A stretch of 64,000 nucleotides of DNA from assembly GCA_003228195.2 (NCBI GenBank), contig QGNO01000004.1, positions 1,267-65,266 on the forward strand, written 5' to 3'. A program made the position numbers and the translations under genes. Shown here piece by piece: positions 51,501 through 62,960 of this stretch (position 1 is the first letter of the stretch; the number at the start of each line of letters is the position of its first letter). Below the pieces are notes generated by a model. That model made no database searches. It saw only the letters and a list, made by a program, of their open reading frames with translations, and was not told the origin of the DNA. Origin of the DNA: Chloroflexota bacterium (lineage in GTDB: Bacteria; Chloroflexota; Dehalococcoidia; Lucifugimonadales; QGNO01).

Positions 51501-51886
51501 TCTAGTTGCGTCCCAAGTAATCTGACTCCGTATTTTTCCAAAATACCTGCGTCGGCAACTTCCACGGCCAGATTTAATCCGGTCTGTCCACCCAAAGTAG
51601 GCAGTAATCCCTGTGGTCTTTCTGCCCGAATGATTCTCTCGATGACCTCTACAGTTAGCGGTTCAATATACACAACATCAGCTATTCCTTGGTCGGTCAT
51701 TATCGTCGCAGGATTCGAATTTACTAATATCGTAGTAATGCCTTCTTCCCTTAAAGACCTGCACGCTTGCGACCCAGCATAGTCAAACTCAGCAGCCTGA
51801 CCAATGACAATTGGGCCCGATCCAATTATTAGCACCTTTTTGATTTCGTCAGAAATTTTAACCAATTTAATTCCTATCATGACCAA
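48533..51886 (-). CDS. carB: Carbamoyl-phosphate synthase large subunit
   Basis: GSGPIVIGQAAEFDYAG, duplicated ATP-grasp domains and a C-terminal MGS domain. Confidence 0.98.
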   Translation of the reverse strand: MVMIGIKLVKISDEIKKVLIIGSGPIVIGQAAEFDYAGSQACRSLREEGITTILVNSNPATIMTDQGIADVVYIEPLTVEVIERIIRAERPQGLLPTLGGQTGLNLAVEVADAGILEKYGVRLLGTQLDTIKKAEDRSMFRQLLIDLGEPVPESETVTSLEEARACAQRMGFPLVVRPAYTLGGTGGGVVSSPEYLDGVVSTGLQASPIQQILLEKYLLGWKEVEYEIMRDGGDNCVMVCAMENLDPMGVHTGDSIVTAPTQTLSDKDYQMLRSASFRIIRELGVEGGCNVQFALAPHPMAAPHEYSGGRKPSSAYYVIEVNPRVSRSSALASKATGYPIARVAAKIALGKRLDEISNKVTGKTGAAFEPTIDYCVVKIPRWPFDKFPAGERNLGVQMKATGEVMGIDRTFEAALQKAVRSLEQPAKNLLWEDKSWRDGNSKSIDDLPLEPRDTRLWVLMTALRRSVSLQDLSATTGIDPWFLAGLQRIVEMERRLLAESLTPKLMNTAKRLGFSDEYIGTLADRLPDQVRALRREWAIGPVYKMVDTCAAEFEAKTPYFYSTYEVENEALPLSGRKALVIGSGPIRIGQGIEFDYCSVHAAWALQEENTASIIVNSNPETVSTDFDTSDRLYFEPLDEESILDILDNECTEDSSGTIEFTPSVVQFGGQTAINLSQILARAGMPILGSSAQAIDIAADRRKFENFLSRQGIPQPPGAAVTNVEEGLNVAQRIGYPVLVRPSYVLGGRAMEIVQNASELVGYLANAVEIVEGKSILIDKYLEGREVEVDAICDGTEVLIPGIMEHVERSGVHSGDSMAIYPGLTLTTAEVQTLEDYTKRIALGLEIKGLINIQYVITGSSPYRDPENFQDHVYDGSTVYVIEANPRSSRTVPFLSKVTGVPMVNIATKIVLGKTLKEQGYSGGLWKRSDLVGVKAPVFSMSKLAGVDTYLGPEMKSTGEVMGLDREFTPALAKALLASGLHLSRGYPILLSISDKDKPEAVDLLHALAKSGCDLYATEGTAAMIIALGLEVPLVAKKLGLGHPNVLDVIEDGKVQAVINTVTGSASILRDGYEIRRSAVENRIPCFTSLDTARAAVDSLIREDSYNVLPVSKYLHGT

Positions 51887-51993
51887 AGAAAGATGACGAT
51901 CACCAATTCAACATCCAAGAAAAAATTTAGTTCGGCACGAACTATCTTAACTTTCAGTCATTCTTAAGCCTAAAAACAGTAGACCAAATACTA

Positions 51994-52602
51994 CTAAGCC
52001 TTCATAAGGAAGAGACTGCCCCAAGCTGCGATAAGCAACCAAGGCATCACACTCCAAACAAGTCGCTCAGACATTAACCTGGGCATCCAAGGTTTACCTT
52101 CCGAACTCAATCCGAAATCCCTGAGACCCTGTTCCAATTCATTGTCACCCTCAGCGAGCTGTCTCGCGACCGTAGTACCTCGATTTTCAAATTTACGGCT
52201 CTGCCTGAGAAAAGTGAGATAGAGACTAGATCTCATACCCAGTTCACGCTCTATTTCGTTGCGTCGATACTCAGCAACTCTCTGCGCCGCAAACATTCGC
52301 CTGATCAGCAGCCACCAACCAAACGTTATCAGCGAGCAAATTCCACCTATGAGTGCCAGCATTCTCGAAGTTTCTTCAATTCCTGATTGCATCATAGTGG
52401 CCTGAAAGGTTATACCTATCATGCTCAGTCCAACTACTACCATCCCACTTACCCAAGTTCGCGCATGCAACGCTGCCCAATATGCATCGAGAAGCTCATA
52501 CTCTACTAGCAACACTTGCCAACGATTTCGCGGCGGTACTTTCATAGCAACTTGTTCCGCCGGCATCGGATCATCTCCCAACTGACGTGGTTCTCTCATC
52601 AC
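51994..52602 (-). CDS. Hypothetical membrane protein (about 3 TM) between carA and carB
   Basis: Start overlaps the carA stop; three hydrophobic segments. Confidence 0.75.
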   Translation of the reverse strand: MMREPRQLGDDPMPAEQVAMKVPPRNRWQVLLVEYELLDAYWAALHARTWVSGMVVVGLSMIGITFQATMMQSGIEETSRMLALIGGICSLITFGWWLLIRRMFAAQRVAEYRRNEIERELGMRSSLYLTFLRQSRKFENRGTTVARQLAEGDNELEQGLRDFGLSSEGKPWMPRLMSERLVWSVMPWLLIAAWGSLFLMKA

Positions 52603-53696
52603 TTATTCACTCCTTTAACCAACGACAAAAAACTGTCGAAAAGATAGTCATTATCCCAAGGCCCAGGGGCAGCCTCAGAATGAAATTGTATTCCCATTAA
52701 CGGGAAATCGTTATGCCTAATACCTTCAACCGTTCCGTCATTAAGATTTACATGGCTAACCTCCAATCCAGATGGCAATGTGTCCCCATCTACAGCAAAT
52801 CCGTGATTTTGGGACGTAATATAAGTACGGCCTGTAGAAAAGTCCTTAACTGGATGATTACCTCCGTGATGCCCAAACTTCAATTTATATGTATTAGCAC
52901 CCAACGCTCTTGCAATAAGTTGATGCCCCAAACATATCCCCATCAAAGGAACCTTACCGATCATTTCTTTCAAAGCATCAATAGCATAACCCAAAAGAGC
53001 AGGGTCTCCAGGCCCAGGTGAAAATACTACCCCTGACGGATCCAAGTCCATGATAGTCTGAAAACTGCTCGTGGCCGGCACTACAGTAACGCGACAACCT
53101 CTTATTTCGAGGCTTCGCAAAATGTTGTATTTCACACCACAATCGGCAACTACAATATGCAAGCCCCCATTTGTATCTTCGGGATTTAATCCCCAGTCGT
53201 AAGTTTGTTGAGTAGTTACAGAAGCCACGTGATCCAAATCCACGTAGCGCTTTGCACTCCGTAAGTGCTCCAGTGCCTGATCTCCGCTTAGTTCCGAGGT
53301 TATGCACCCCATCATTGCGCCCTGTGACCTTATACGCCGGGTGACTGATCTTGTGTCCACTTCACTGATGCCTTTAACGCCCTGTTTCCCTAAATATTCA
53401 TTCAATCCAACGTCACTCAAATGATGACTCGGGTATTGACAGCTCTGCCGAACTACATATCCGGCAACCTGAATACGTTCGGATTCAACGTTGATTTCAT
53501 TACAACCGTAATTCCCAATCAACGGATAGGTTGCCACAACGATTTGACCCGCATACGAAGGGTCAGTAAGAATTTCCTGATAGCCCGTCATTGATGTATT
53601 AAACACAACCTCTCCGACAGCGGTTCCCTCAGTTCCCATTGATTCACCTTGGTAAACTGACCCGTCTTCTAGAACTAGAATGGAAGCACTACTCAT
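52599..53696 (-). CDS. carA: Carbamoyl-phosphate synthase small subunit
   Basis: GEVVFNTSMTGYQE.LTDPSY, SPGPGDP, GICLGHQ and QFHSEA. Confidence 0.98.
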   Translation of the reverse strand: MSSASILVLEDGSVYQGESMGTEGTAVGEVVFNTSMTGYQEILTDPSYAGQIVVATYPLIGNYGCNEINVESERIQVAGYVVRQSCQYPSHHLSDVGLNEYLGKQGVKGISEVDTRSVTRRIRSQGAMMGCITSELSGDQALEHLRSAKRYVDLDHVASVTTQQTYDWGLNPEDTNGGLHIVVADCGVKYNILRSLEIRGCRVTVVPATSSFQTIMDLDPSGVVFSPGPGDPALLGYAIDALKEMIGKVPLMGICLGHQLIARALGANTYKLKFGHHGGNHPVKDFSTGRTYITSQNHGFAVDGDTLPSGLEVSHVNLNDGTVEGIRHNDFPLMGIQFHSEAAPGPWDNDYLFDSFLSLVKGVNK

Positions 53697-55049
53697 CCAG
53701 TTTCTCCTGTTCGTATACTAAGTTCCCTCCCACAAAAGCCATAACAACCTTACCCTTCAATCGAACTCCTTCAATTGGAGTGTTCTTTCCCTTGGAATTG
53801 AACTCCTCACTTGAGACTATCCAATCTTTGTTAGGATCGAAAACGACAATATCTGCCGTTGTCCCTTTTCTCAATGTAGCTAAATCCGAATATGCATCTC
53901 CAAGTACTACAAGGGGTCCGACTGTCAACTTTGAAACAAGCGTCATTAGGTCAATTCGGTCATCGTGAACCAAGGTCATCAGCAATCCAAAAGCCGTTTC
54001 TAACCCACTGAATCCATACGCAGCATCATCATAAGTGACCAACTTATCTATAACCGTTTGCGGTGCATGATCTGTAGCAATCACATCTATAACCCCTTCG
54101 TTTAGTCCGGCTATGAGTGCTTCCACATCTTCACGGGATCTCAAAGGAGGGTTTACTTTAGTGAATGTGTCGTACGCCTCTAAACCCAATGGCCCGTTTA
54201 TAGGTCCATCTTGGTCATGCCCCAAAACCCACCTCTCATCTAGCGTTAAATGGTGCGGAGTAACCTCTGCCGTAACGTTAGCCCCTCTTTGTTTCGCCAA
54301 TCGAATTAGATCGACAGAACCAGAGGTAGTAATATGCGCCACGTGTAACCGACCGCCAGTCAATTCGGCGAGTGCTATATCTCGAGCAATTACTGACTCC
54401 TCCGCAACGGACGGCCAACCTCTCAACCCTGTGCGATTAGAAATCCATCCTTCGTTCACAGGAGAACCTTGCGACAACTCTAAATCTTCAGAATGTTGTA
54501 TGACAGGCAAGGCAAGGCCACTGGAATACGCTAGGGCCTGTCGCATCAAATGTGAATCTGCCACCGGCTTCCCGTCGTCACTGAATCCGACGGCGCCCGA
54601 TTGCGCCATTTCCCAAAGCTCGGCCAGTTGTTTCCCTTCGCTACCTTTGGTAACACATCCTATAGGTAGTACCCTTGCTTTTCCGGCCAAGGCCGCTTTC
54701 TGAATCACATATTCAATCGTGACAGCGTTATCCATCGGCGGATTAGTATTAGGCATAGCGCATATCGTAGTGAACCCACCGTTGACCGCAGCAGCAACCC
54801 CGGTACTTATAGTCTCCTTATCTTCATATCCAGGCTCTCGCAAATGTGTGTGCAAATCAATAAATCCTGGGCACACTACTAAGCCATCCCCATTCAATAG
54901 TCTGCATCTCTCAGGAATATCCCCGTCCCTCAACGGTGCACCCACATGCTTTATTAAGCCTTCATCTACCAAGATGTCGCCAAACTCATCCATCCCGGTG
55001 ATCACATCTAACAGGCGAGCGTTCTTTATAAGAAAATGACCCAACTTAG

Positions 55050-55053
<4 letters not shown>
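53689..55053 (-). CDS. pyrC: Dihydroorotase
   Basis: DLHTHLREPG, MPNT.P, KVNPPLR and IATDHAP. Confidence 0.96.
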
Positions 55054-56689
<1,636 letters not shown>

Positions 56690-56691
56690 TT

Positions 56692-56728
56692 AGACCCTTA
56701 CCAGCCTCACAGGACTGATTTCAAGGTT
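56692..56728 (-). ncRNA. PyrR-binding leader element
   Basis: Minus strand ACCTTGAAATC-AGTCCTGTGAGGCT-GGTAAGGGTCT matches the ARUCCnGnGAGGYU PyrR-binding consensus. Confidence 0.85.
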
Positions 56729-56837
56729 ACGTACTCGACAACTAATCATTCATCGAGTACGACTAGAGTATAGCATTCAATCGGACCTAGTAGCAATCAA
56801 ATAAATCGACCTTAAACGCACTTCCAGTGACAATAAA

Positions 56838-56869
56838 ATAGGTCCTCTCATAACGCCAAGAGGACCTAT
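56838..56869 (-). terminator. Terminator-like hairpin downstream of the malic enzyme genes
   Basis: ATAGGTCCTC-N12-GAGGACCTAT, followed on the minus strand by TTTATT. Confidence 0.65.
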
Positions 56870-56894
56870 CTAATTCCATAGATTGTAACTTCTG

Positions 56895-58343
56895 TTATTT
56901 AATCAATGATTCCACGCCATACGCTTTCGGGGTACTCCTGCGTGCAACACCCGTCTTAACCGCTGCCTCAGCCACAGCCTTTGCCACCGAAACGGCCACG
57001 TTTCGATCAAATACGTTGGGAATTATATATTCTTCGTTGAGTTGGCTATCTGGAACGCTATTAGCAATAGCTTTAGCAGCAGCCAACTTCATTTCGGCAT
57101 TAACTCTAGTGGCCCTGACATCTAGCATTCCTCTAAAAAATCCCGGGAAACATAGCGCATTATTAACCTGGTTTGGATAATCAGAGCGCCCGGTTGCCAT
57201 CACTTTGACATACTCAGCAGCCTCTTCAGGGTAAATCTCCGGATCTGGGTTTGCCATTGCAAAAACTATTGCATCTTTATTCATGGCCTTGACGTGGTCA
57301 ACCGTAATAACGCCAGGTCCCGACAATCCTATAAATAAATCCGCACCCGTCATCGCATCCATCAATGTGCCTTTGAAGTTATCAGGGTTGGTATTCTCCG
57401 CAAACCACTTCTTAGATTCGTTGTCACCGTAATCTCGATCCCTGTGAAGAACTCCTTGCCTATCGGCACCAACAACATCTAGCAACCCAGCGTCCATGAG
57501 CATTCGAGTAGTGGCCATCCCACCCGCTCCAACGCCAACAACCACGGCCTTCATATTCTCGATTTTTTTTCCAGTAACCTTTACAGCATTGAGGAAAGCA
57601 GCAGTGCTAGTCACCGCTGTGCCATGCTGATCGTCATGGAATACCGGTATGTCCAATTTTTCTTGCAACCTCTCTTCTATGTAGAAACAGCGTGGTGCGG
57701 AAATATCCTCAAGATTTATTCCGCCAAATCCCACAGCGAAGTTTTCAATAGCCTCGACAATTTCATCTTGATCCTTGGTAGCCAGGCAAATCGGCCAAGC
57801 GTCAACACCCCCCAATTCCTTAAATAGCATGGCCTTGCCTTCCATTACAGGCATTGCAGCAGCTGGGCCAATATCACCTAGACCCAAAACAGCAGTGCCA
57901 TCTGAGACAACAGCGACAGTATTTCCTTTGGCTGTTAAATTCCAACTCGATTCCGGATCGTCATGAATCGCCATACAAACTCGTGCGACTCCAGGCGTAT
58001 AAGCCATAGACAGGTCATTCCGCGTTCTTACTGGACTCTTGGATCGCATCTCTATCTTTCCGTTAAGGTGCAAAAGAAAAGTGGGATCAGAAACGCTAAC
58101 GACATTTACGCCCGGAAGCTTCTTGAGCTTGGCAACCATGTCCTGGCCGTGAGCGACATCACTAGCGTTAATAGTGAGATCTCGAATTACCTTATCCTGC
58201 GAAGATTGGACCAAATCAAGGGCCGATATGTCTCCGCCCATTTCACCGATAGCTGTAGTAATAGACCCGAGTTGGCCCGGCTGATTGGGATATTCCGCCC
58301 TAATAGTAACTCCATATGCGATAGCAGGGTATCTTACAGACAT
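56895..58343 (-). CDS. NAD(P)-dependent malic enzyme with N-terminal ACT domain (paralog 2)
   Basis: [46 protein letters not shown] and [10 protein letters not shown]. Confidence 0.95.
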   Translation of the reverse strand: MSVRYPAIAYGVTIRAEYPNQPGQLGSITTAIGEMGGDISALDLVQSSQDKVIRDLTINASDVAHGQDMVAKLKKLPGVNVVSVSDPTFLLHLNGKIEMRSKSPVRTRNDLSMAYTPGVARVCMAIHDDPESSWNLTAKGNTVAVVSDGTAVLGLGDIGPAAAMPVMEGKAMLFKELGGVDAWPICLATKDQDEIVEAIENFAVGFGGINLEDISAPRCFYIEERLQEKLDIPVFHDDQHGTAVTSTAAFLNAVKVTGKKIENMKAVVVGVGAGGMATTRMLMDAGLLDVVGADRQGVLHRDRDYGDNESKKWFAENTNPDNFKGTLMDAMTGADLFIGLSGPGVITVDHVKAMNKDAIVFAMANPDPEIYPEEAAEYVKVMATGRSDYPNQVNNALCFPGFFRGMLDVRATRVNAEMKLAAAKAIANSVPDSQLNEEYIIPNVFDRNVAVSVAKAVAEAAVKTGVARRSTPKAYGVESLIK

Positions 58344-58425
58344 TAAAATGACTCCTTATTAGCGAAGATCAATGATACACCACAGCCAGCTAAAGGGATA
58401 CAGCTTCAAAGATTCTAGTCGTCAA

Positions 58426-59874
58426 TCATGCAGGCAATCCTGCAAATTCAGTGGTCTTGCTCCTCTTTATAGGCGCCATTCCAGTCGCGCGAGCAGCTTT
58501 TGCCACCGCATTTGCAACGCCCCTAACAACAGACCTGTCGAAAACGCTTGGGACAATGTATTCCTCATTGAGATGCCTGCGTGGCACAGCGCTAGCTATA
58601 GCCCAAGCCGCCGCCATTTTCATCTCATCATTGACGCCTTTAGACCTAGAATCAAGGATTCCACGGAATACACCTGGAAAAGCCAAAACATTATTTATCT
58701 GATTAGGATAATCCGATCTGCCAGTAGCGATCACCTTCACATACGGCACAGCGCTTTCGGGATTTATTTCGGGATCAGGATTAGCCATCGCAAAAACTAT
58801 CGAATTCTTCGCCATAACCTTTAGATGATCAATACTAAGTACATTGGGACCAGAAAGCCCTATAAAAACATCGGCATTGTTCATAGCACCCTTTAGGTCA
58901 CCACGGAAGTTATCAATGTTCCCCTGTTCTGCAAACCATGTTTTGCCAGAATGTCCCGCCAAATCAATTCCAGAGTGCAAAATGCCCTCTCTGTCGTACC
59001 CAATGATGCTAGATACGCCTGCCTGCTTAATCAGTTTGGCCGTTGCTAAACCTGCGGCACCCGCACCAGATATCACTACATTAATCTGATCTATCTTTTT
59101 TCCAACAACTTCTAAAGCGTTATATAAGGCTCCCAAGACAACTATTGCCGTTCCATGTTGATCATCATGAAATACCGGTATGTCCAATTCTTCTCTAAGT
59201 CTTTCCTCAATGTAAAAACAGTTTGGCGCAGCGATATCTTCAAGATTAATTCCGCCAAACCCAGGGGAAATATGCTTAACTATTTGGATTATTTTCTCGG
59301 GATCACTGGTATTCAAACAGATTGGCCATGAGTTAACGCCTGCCAGTTCTTTGAATAACAGCGCCTTACCCTCCATAACAGGCAAGGCTGCTGCAGGACC
59401 TATGTTTCCTAATCCCAAAACTGCTGTGCCGTCGGTTACAACCGCCACAGTGTTGGATTTAGAAGTAAGCGACCACACTGCCGACGGGTCTTCATGTATA
59501 GCCATACTTACTCTAGCCACTCCAGGTGTATATGCCAACGAGAGATCGTTTCGCGTTCTAATCGGAATTTTCGAAACCATGTTGATCTTGCCACCAAGAT
59601 GCAACAGGAAAGTTGGATCAGATACGCTTCTGACGGACACACCATTAAGAACACCTACCGTACTTACTATCTCAGCACCATGATCGACATCACGTGCATT
59701 GACTGTGATGTCCCTAATCATGGTGCCAGAGTTAATAGATACGATATCTATAGCACCTATGTCACCACCAACCATACCAATAGCAGTAGTGATAACACCC
59801 AAATGGCCAGGGATGTTTTTATAGGCTACGCGTAGTGTGACACTGTAGGCAACCGCTGGATAACGATTAGTCAT
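58426..59874 (-). CDS. NAD(P)-dependent malic enzyme with N-terminal ACT domain (paralog 1)
   Basis: Same motifs as paralog 2; GAGAAG dinucleotide loop. Confidence 0.95.
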   Translation of the reverse strand: MTNRYPAVAYSVTLRVAYKNIPGHLGVITTAIGMVGGDIGAIDIVSINSGTMIRDITVNARDVDHGAEIVSTVGVLNGVSVRSVSDPTFLLHLGGKINMVSKIPIRTRNDLSLAYTPGVARVSMAIHEDPSAVWSLTSKSNTVAVVTDGTAVLGLGNIGPAAALPVMEGKALLFKELAGVNSWPICLNTSDPEKIIQIVKHISPGFGGINLEDIAAPNCFYIEERLREELDIPVFHDDQHGTAIVVLGALYNALEVVGKKIDQINVVISGAGAAGLATAKLIKQAGVSSIIGYDREGILHSGIDLAGHSGKTWFAEQGNIDNFRGDLKGAMNNADVFIGLSGPNVLSIDHLKVMAKNSIVFAMANPDPEINPESAVPYVKVIATGRSDYPNQINNVLAFPGVFRGILDSRSKGVNDEMKMAAAWAIASAVPRRHLNEEYIVPSVFDRSVVRGVANAVAKAARATGMAPIKRSKTTEFAGLPA

Positions 59875-60189
59875 GTATTATGCTCATCATATGTTTCTGG
59901 ATACTTCTTTCCAATATAATATTATCGTCTTACCATAAATTCTACTAGTAAACATAACAGATAGGAAAAAGTCCACAACATCCGTTAGATATCTCAACCC
60001 ATGACAAAGAGTAGATCTTCATGCAAATTAGCAGAGCTTTTATGCTACTGGACGCAAGTGAAAAACAACAACTTCCATCTCAAGTCTAATATTCCATACG
60101 ATAAATCACGCTAACTTAATAATGATACCTATTGGCATTTTTTGTATGGTTTTCGTATAATCACGCCGAACTGAGCAAAGGGTAAATAC

Positions 60190-61074
60190 ATGAAGGCATT
60201 CTCTTTCACCGCACCAACAACTATAAAAGAAATGAACGAGATACTCGCTAATGTGACAACACCCGGGGAAATCCACCCGATTGTAGGTGGCACTGACCTC
60301 ATAGAACAGGTTAAAACTGGCAGGCGTTCACCATCCATCGTAATGGACATCAAACAGATTCCAGAAATGAACCGACTGGAATGGGTTTCCGGAGAGGGCC
60401 TGCATTTAGGTGCCGCTGTTTCATGTACTGACACTGCTGCCTTTCCGCTCGTACAAGAAAGCTACGAGTCAATCAAAGAATCCTGCGGGCTTATAGGCTC
60501 GGTGCAAATCCAAAACCGAGCAAGTATAGTTGGAAATATCGCGAATTCTGCCCCCTCAGCCGATTCTGTGCCAAGCGGCCTAGTCCATGAAGCCAGTGTT
60601 GTGCTTATCGGTCCTTCAGGCACTCGTACGATCCCTTTGGAGGACTTCTTTACAGGTCCTGGAAGAAATGTATCGAAGCCAAATGAGGTGGTATTAGAGA
60701 TCATATTACCTCCTCCGCCAAATAACAGCAGTAGCCATTACTTGAGGTTCATACCAAGAAATGAGATGGATATCGCAGTAGCTGGTGTAGCGACCTTACT
60801 GTCTCTTGCCCCAGGTTCTCGCACTTGTACTAAAGCAAGAATAGCTCTCGCTTCAGTGGGGCCTATCCCAGTTCGAGCCAAAGCGGCAGAGACTTTCCTT
60901 GAAGGTAAGGACCTGACTAACGACATTATCGAGAAAGCAGCGGAGACAGCTGTAGAATCAGCAAGCCCTATAACTGACGTAAGAGGCAGCATTGAATACC
61001 GCAAGAATCTGGTCAAAGTTCTAACAGAAAATACTCTGCGTATGTGTCTGAATTCATTAAACCAGAATTTATAG
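60190..61074 (+). CDS. Xanthine dehydrogenase/CoxM-family FAD-binding subunit
   Basis: GGTDL, IGSVQIQNRAS..GN..N..PSAD, FFTGPG and PITDVRGS.EYR. Confidence 0.92.
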   Translation: MKAFSFTAPTTIKEMNEILANVTTPGEIHPIVGGTDLIEQVKTGRRSPSIVMDIKQIPEMNRLEWVSGEGLHLGAAVSCTDTAAFPLVQESYESIKESCGLIGSVQIQNRASIVGNIANSAPSADSVPSGLVHEASVVLIGPSGTRTIPLEDFFTGPGRNVSKPNEVVLEIILPPPPNNSSSHYLRFIPRNEMDIAVAGVATLLSLAPGSRTCTKARIALASVGPIPVRAKAAETFLEGKDLTNDIIEKAAETAVESASPITDVRGSIEYRKNLVKVLTENTLRMCLNSLNQNL

Positions 61075-61100
61075 GTTAACCATATATCAAGGAGAGTCAT

Positions 61101-61571
61101 TTGCCCAAAATCCGTGTCTCTTTTATTGTAAATCAGGAGCCAGTCGAAATACTGGCAGAACCCTGGCAAACGCTGATGGATGCACTCAGAGAGAATCTAA
61201 GGCTTACTGGCACCAAGGAAGGTTGTGGTAACGGAAATTGCGGTGCCTGTACCGTTATGCTTAACGGCAAAGCGATTGACTCCTGCTGCATGCTAGCAGC
61301 AGAGGCTGAGGGACAAAATGTAACCACTGTCGAAGGCCTAGCGAATGGGGAACAACTAGACCCGTTACAACAAGCCTTCATTGATTTCGGAGCTCTCCAA
61401 TGTGGTTTTTGCACTCCGGGTTTCCTCGTATCTGCAAGAGCGTTTCTCAATGAGAATCCTAATCCTTCAGAACAGGACATACGCTTTGCAATAGCTGGCA
61501 ATCTATGCAGATGCACCGGTTATGACAAAATAGTTAGGGCTATTCAGCATGTCGCGGACAGTGGTCACTGA
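61101..61571 (+). CDS. CoxS-family [2Fe-2S] subunit
   Basis: GTKEGC..G.CGACTV, QCGFCTPG and GNLCRCTGY. Confidence 0.95.
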   Translation: MPKIRVSFIVNQEPVEILAEPWQTLMDALRENLRLTGTKEGCGNGNCGACTVMLNGKAIDSCCMLAAEAEGQNVTTVEGLANGEQLDPLQQAFIDFGALQCGFCTPGFLVSARAFLNENPNPSEQDIRFAIAGNLCRCTGYDKIVRAIQHVADSGH

Positions 61572-61619
61572 ATATTGGGAGATACTTCTAAAACAAACAT
61601 TTAGCCCTTAAAAATATCT

Positions 61620-61710
61620 TACCAATGGGGAGCCTACCGTAAGGCTGAGAGGTTCCATAGCAATGGGACGACCCCGCAAACCTGATCTGGATAATGCCAG
61701 CGTAGGGACG
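61620..61710 (+). ncRNA. TPP riboswitch
   Basis: GGGGAGC...GCTGAGAG...GACCC..AACCTGATCTGGATAATGCCAGCGTAGGGA upstream of thiB. Confidence 0.96.
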
Positions 61711-61726
61711 CAATCCTTCCGTAGAC

Positions 61727-61757
61727 AGAAAGCCACCAGGACTGGGTGGCTTTCTTG
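61727..61757 (+). terminator. Riboswitch expression-platform hairpin
   Basis: AGAAAGCCACC-AGGACTG-GGTGGCTTTCTT. Confidence 0.75.
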
Positions 61758-61803
61758 GTTGTTGTGACCTTTATTTTTTTAGAATTGCATTAGGAGAAAA
61801 ATA

Positions 61804-62859
61804 GTGAACCAACAAAATGCTCTCGCCGTAACTGCGACGTTACTAATAATCTTGTGGACATCTTTAGGCTGTAGTAGACAAGCAGAAGACACAGAGCTCG
61901 TTATCATGACTCACGACAGTTTCGATATCAGCCAAGAAATTATAGCCGAATTCGAATCAACAAACGACGCTAAGGTGGTCATACAAAAAGCCGGCGACGC
62001 CGGGCAGGCACTAATTCGAGCAATTCTTGAGAAAGGCAATCCATCAGCCGATTTGCTATATGGCGTTGATAATACGTATTTAGGCCGGGCTCTTGCTGAG
62101 AACATATTTGACCCATACAAACCCCAATTGCTCTCCAAGATACCTGAAAGCCTTATATTGGATCCAACTAACCACGTCACATCGATAGATTACAGCTACG
62201 TCACATTAAATTACGATAAAGAGTTCCTATTAAAGAATGGATTACTACCTCCTACTACGTTGGAGGAGCTTACCGAAGATGTGTGGAAGGGTAGCGTTGT
62301 GGTAGAAAACCCAGCTGTATCTTCACCTGGTCTAGCTTTTTTGCTAGCAACAATTGCATATTTTGGTGAAGATGATGATTATGACTATTTAGATTTCTGG
62401 CGCGAAATGAGATCTAATAATGTACTAGTAAAGGACGGTTGGAGTGACGCCTATTACACTGATTTTTCATTATACGGAGGAGACCGCCCTCTAGTTGTAA
62501 GCTATGCCACTAGTCCAGCTGCAGAAGTCTTTTTTTCTGAAGTAAAGTTGATTGAACCCCCAACCGGTAATGTCCTAATAGATAAGGGGTCTTTTCTGCA
62601 GATTGAAGGCATCGGCATATTAAAAGGTGCCAACAGTACAACTCTCGCAAAAAAATTCATCGACTTCGCATTAGGAGTTAGATTCCAAGAAGACTTTCCT
62701 GCCAAAATGTTTGTCTATCCAGTGAACAAAGATGCTAAAGTTCCTGACTTCTTCAAGTTTGCAGAGGTACCAACTCAACCTGCTTATATTACCCCGGAGC
62801 GAATAAACACCCACCGCGATAAATGGATCGAATCATGGACAAATACGGTGATCAGATGA
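61804..62859 (+). CDS. thiB: Thiamine ABC transporter substrate-binding lipoprotein
   Basis: Lipobox LGC, THDSF, GVDN, SSPGLAFL, WSDAY and VVSYATSPA; under a TPP riboswitch. Confidence 0.93.
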   Translation: MNQQNALAVTATLLIILWTSLGCSRQAEDTELVIMTHDSFDISQEIIAEFESTNDAKVVIQKAGDAGQALIRAILEKGNPSADLLYGVDNTYLGRALAENIFDPYKPQLLSKIPESLILDPTNHVTSIDYSYVTLNYDKEFLLKNGLLPPTTLEELTEDVWKGSVVVENPAVSSPGLAFLLATIAYFGEDDDYDYLDFWREMRSNNVLVKDGWSDAYYTDFSLYGGDRPLVVSYATSPAAEVFFSEVKLIEPPTGNVLIDKGSFLQIEGIGILKGANSTTLAKKFIDFALGVRFQEDFPAKMFVYPVNKDAKVPDFFKFAEVPTQPAYITPERINTHRDKWIESWTNTVIR

Positions 62860-62960
62860 CCTTGATCTTCGAAGCGGCAAAACTCAATCGAATAAGATCA
62901 CGGGGTTTCGAAGTTGAGATGGATAGTACATATCACATCTACCAGAGTCTACTGGAATGA
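62856..62960 (+). CDS. Putative 34-aa bridging ORF between thiB and thiP
   Basis: MTLIFEAAKLNRIRSRGFEVEMDSTYHIYQSLLE*; ATGA overlaps at both ends. Confidence 0.3.
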   Translation: MTLIFEAAKLNRIRSRGFEVEMDSTYHIYQSLLE

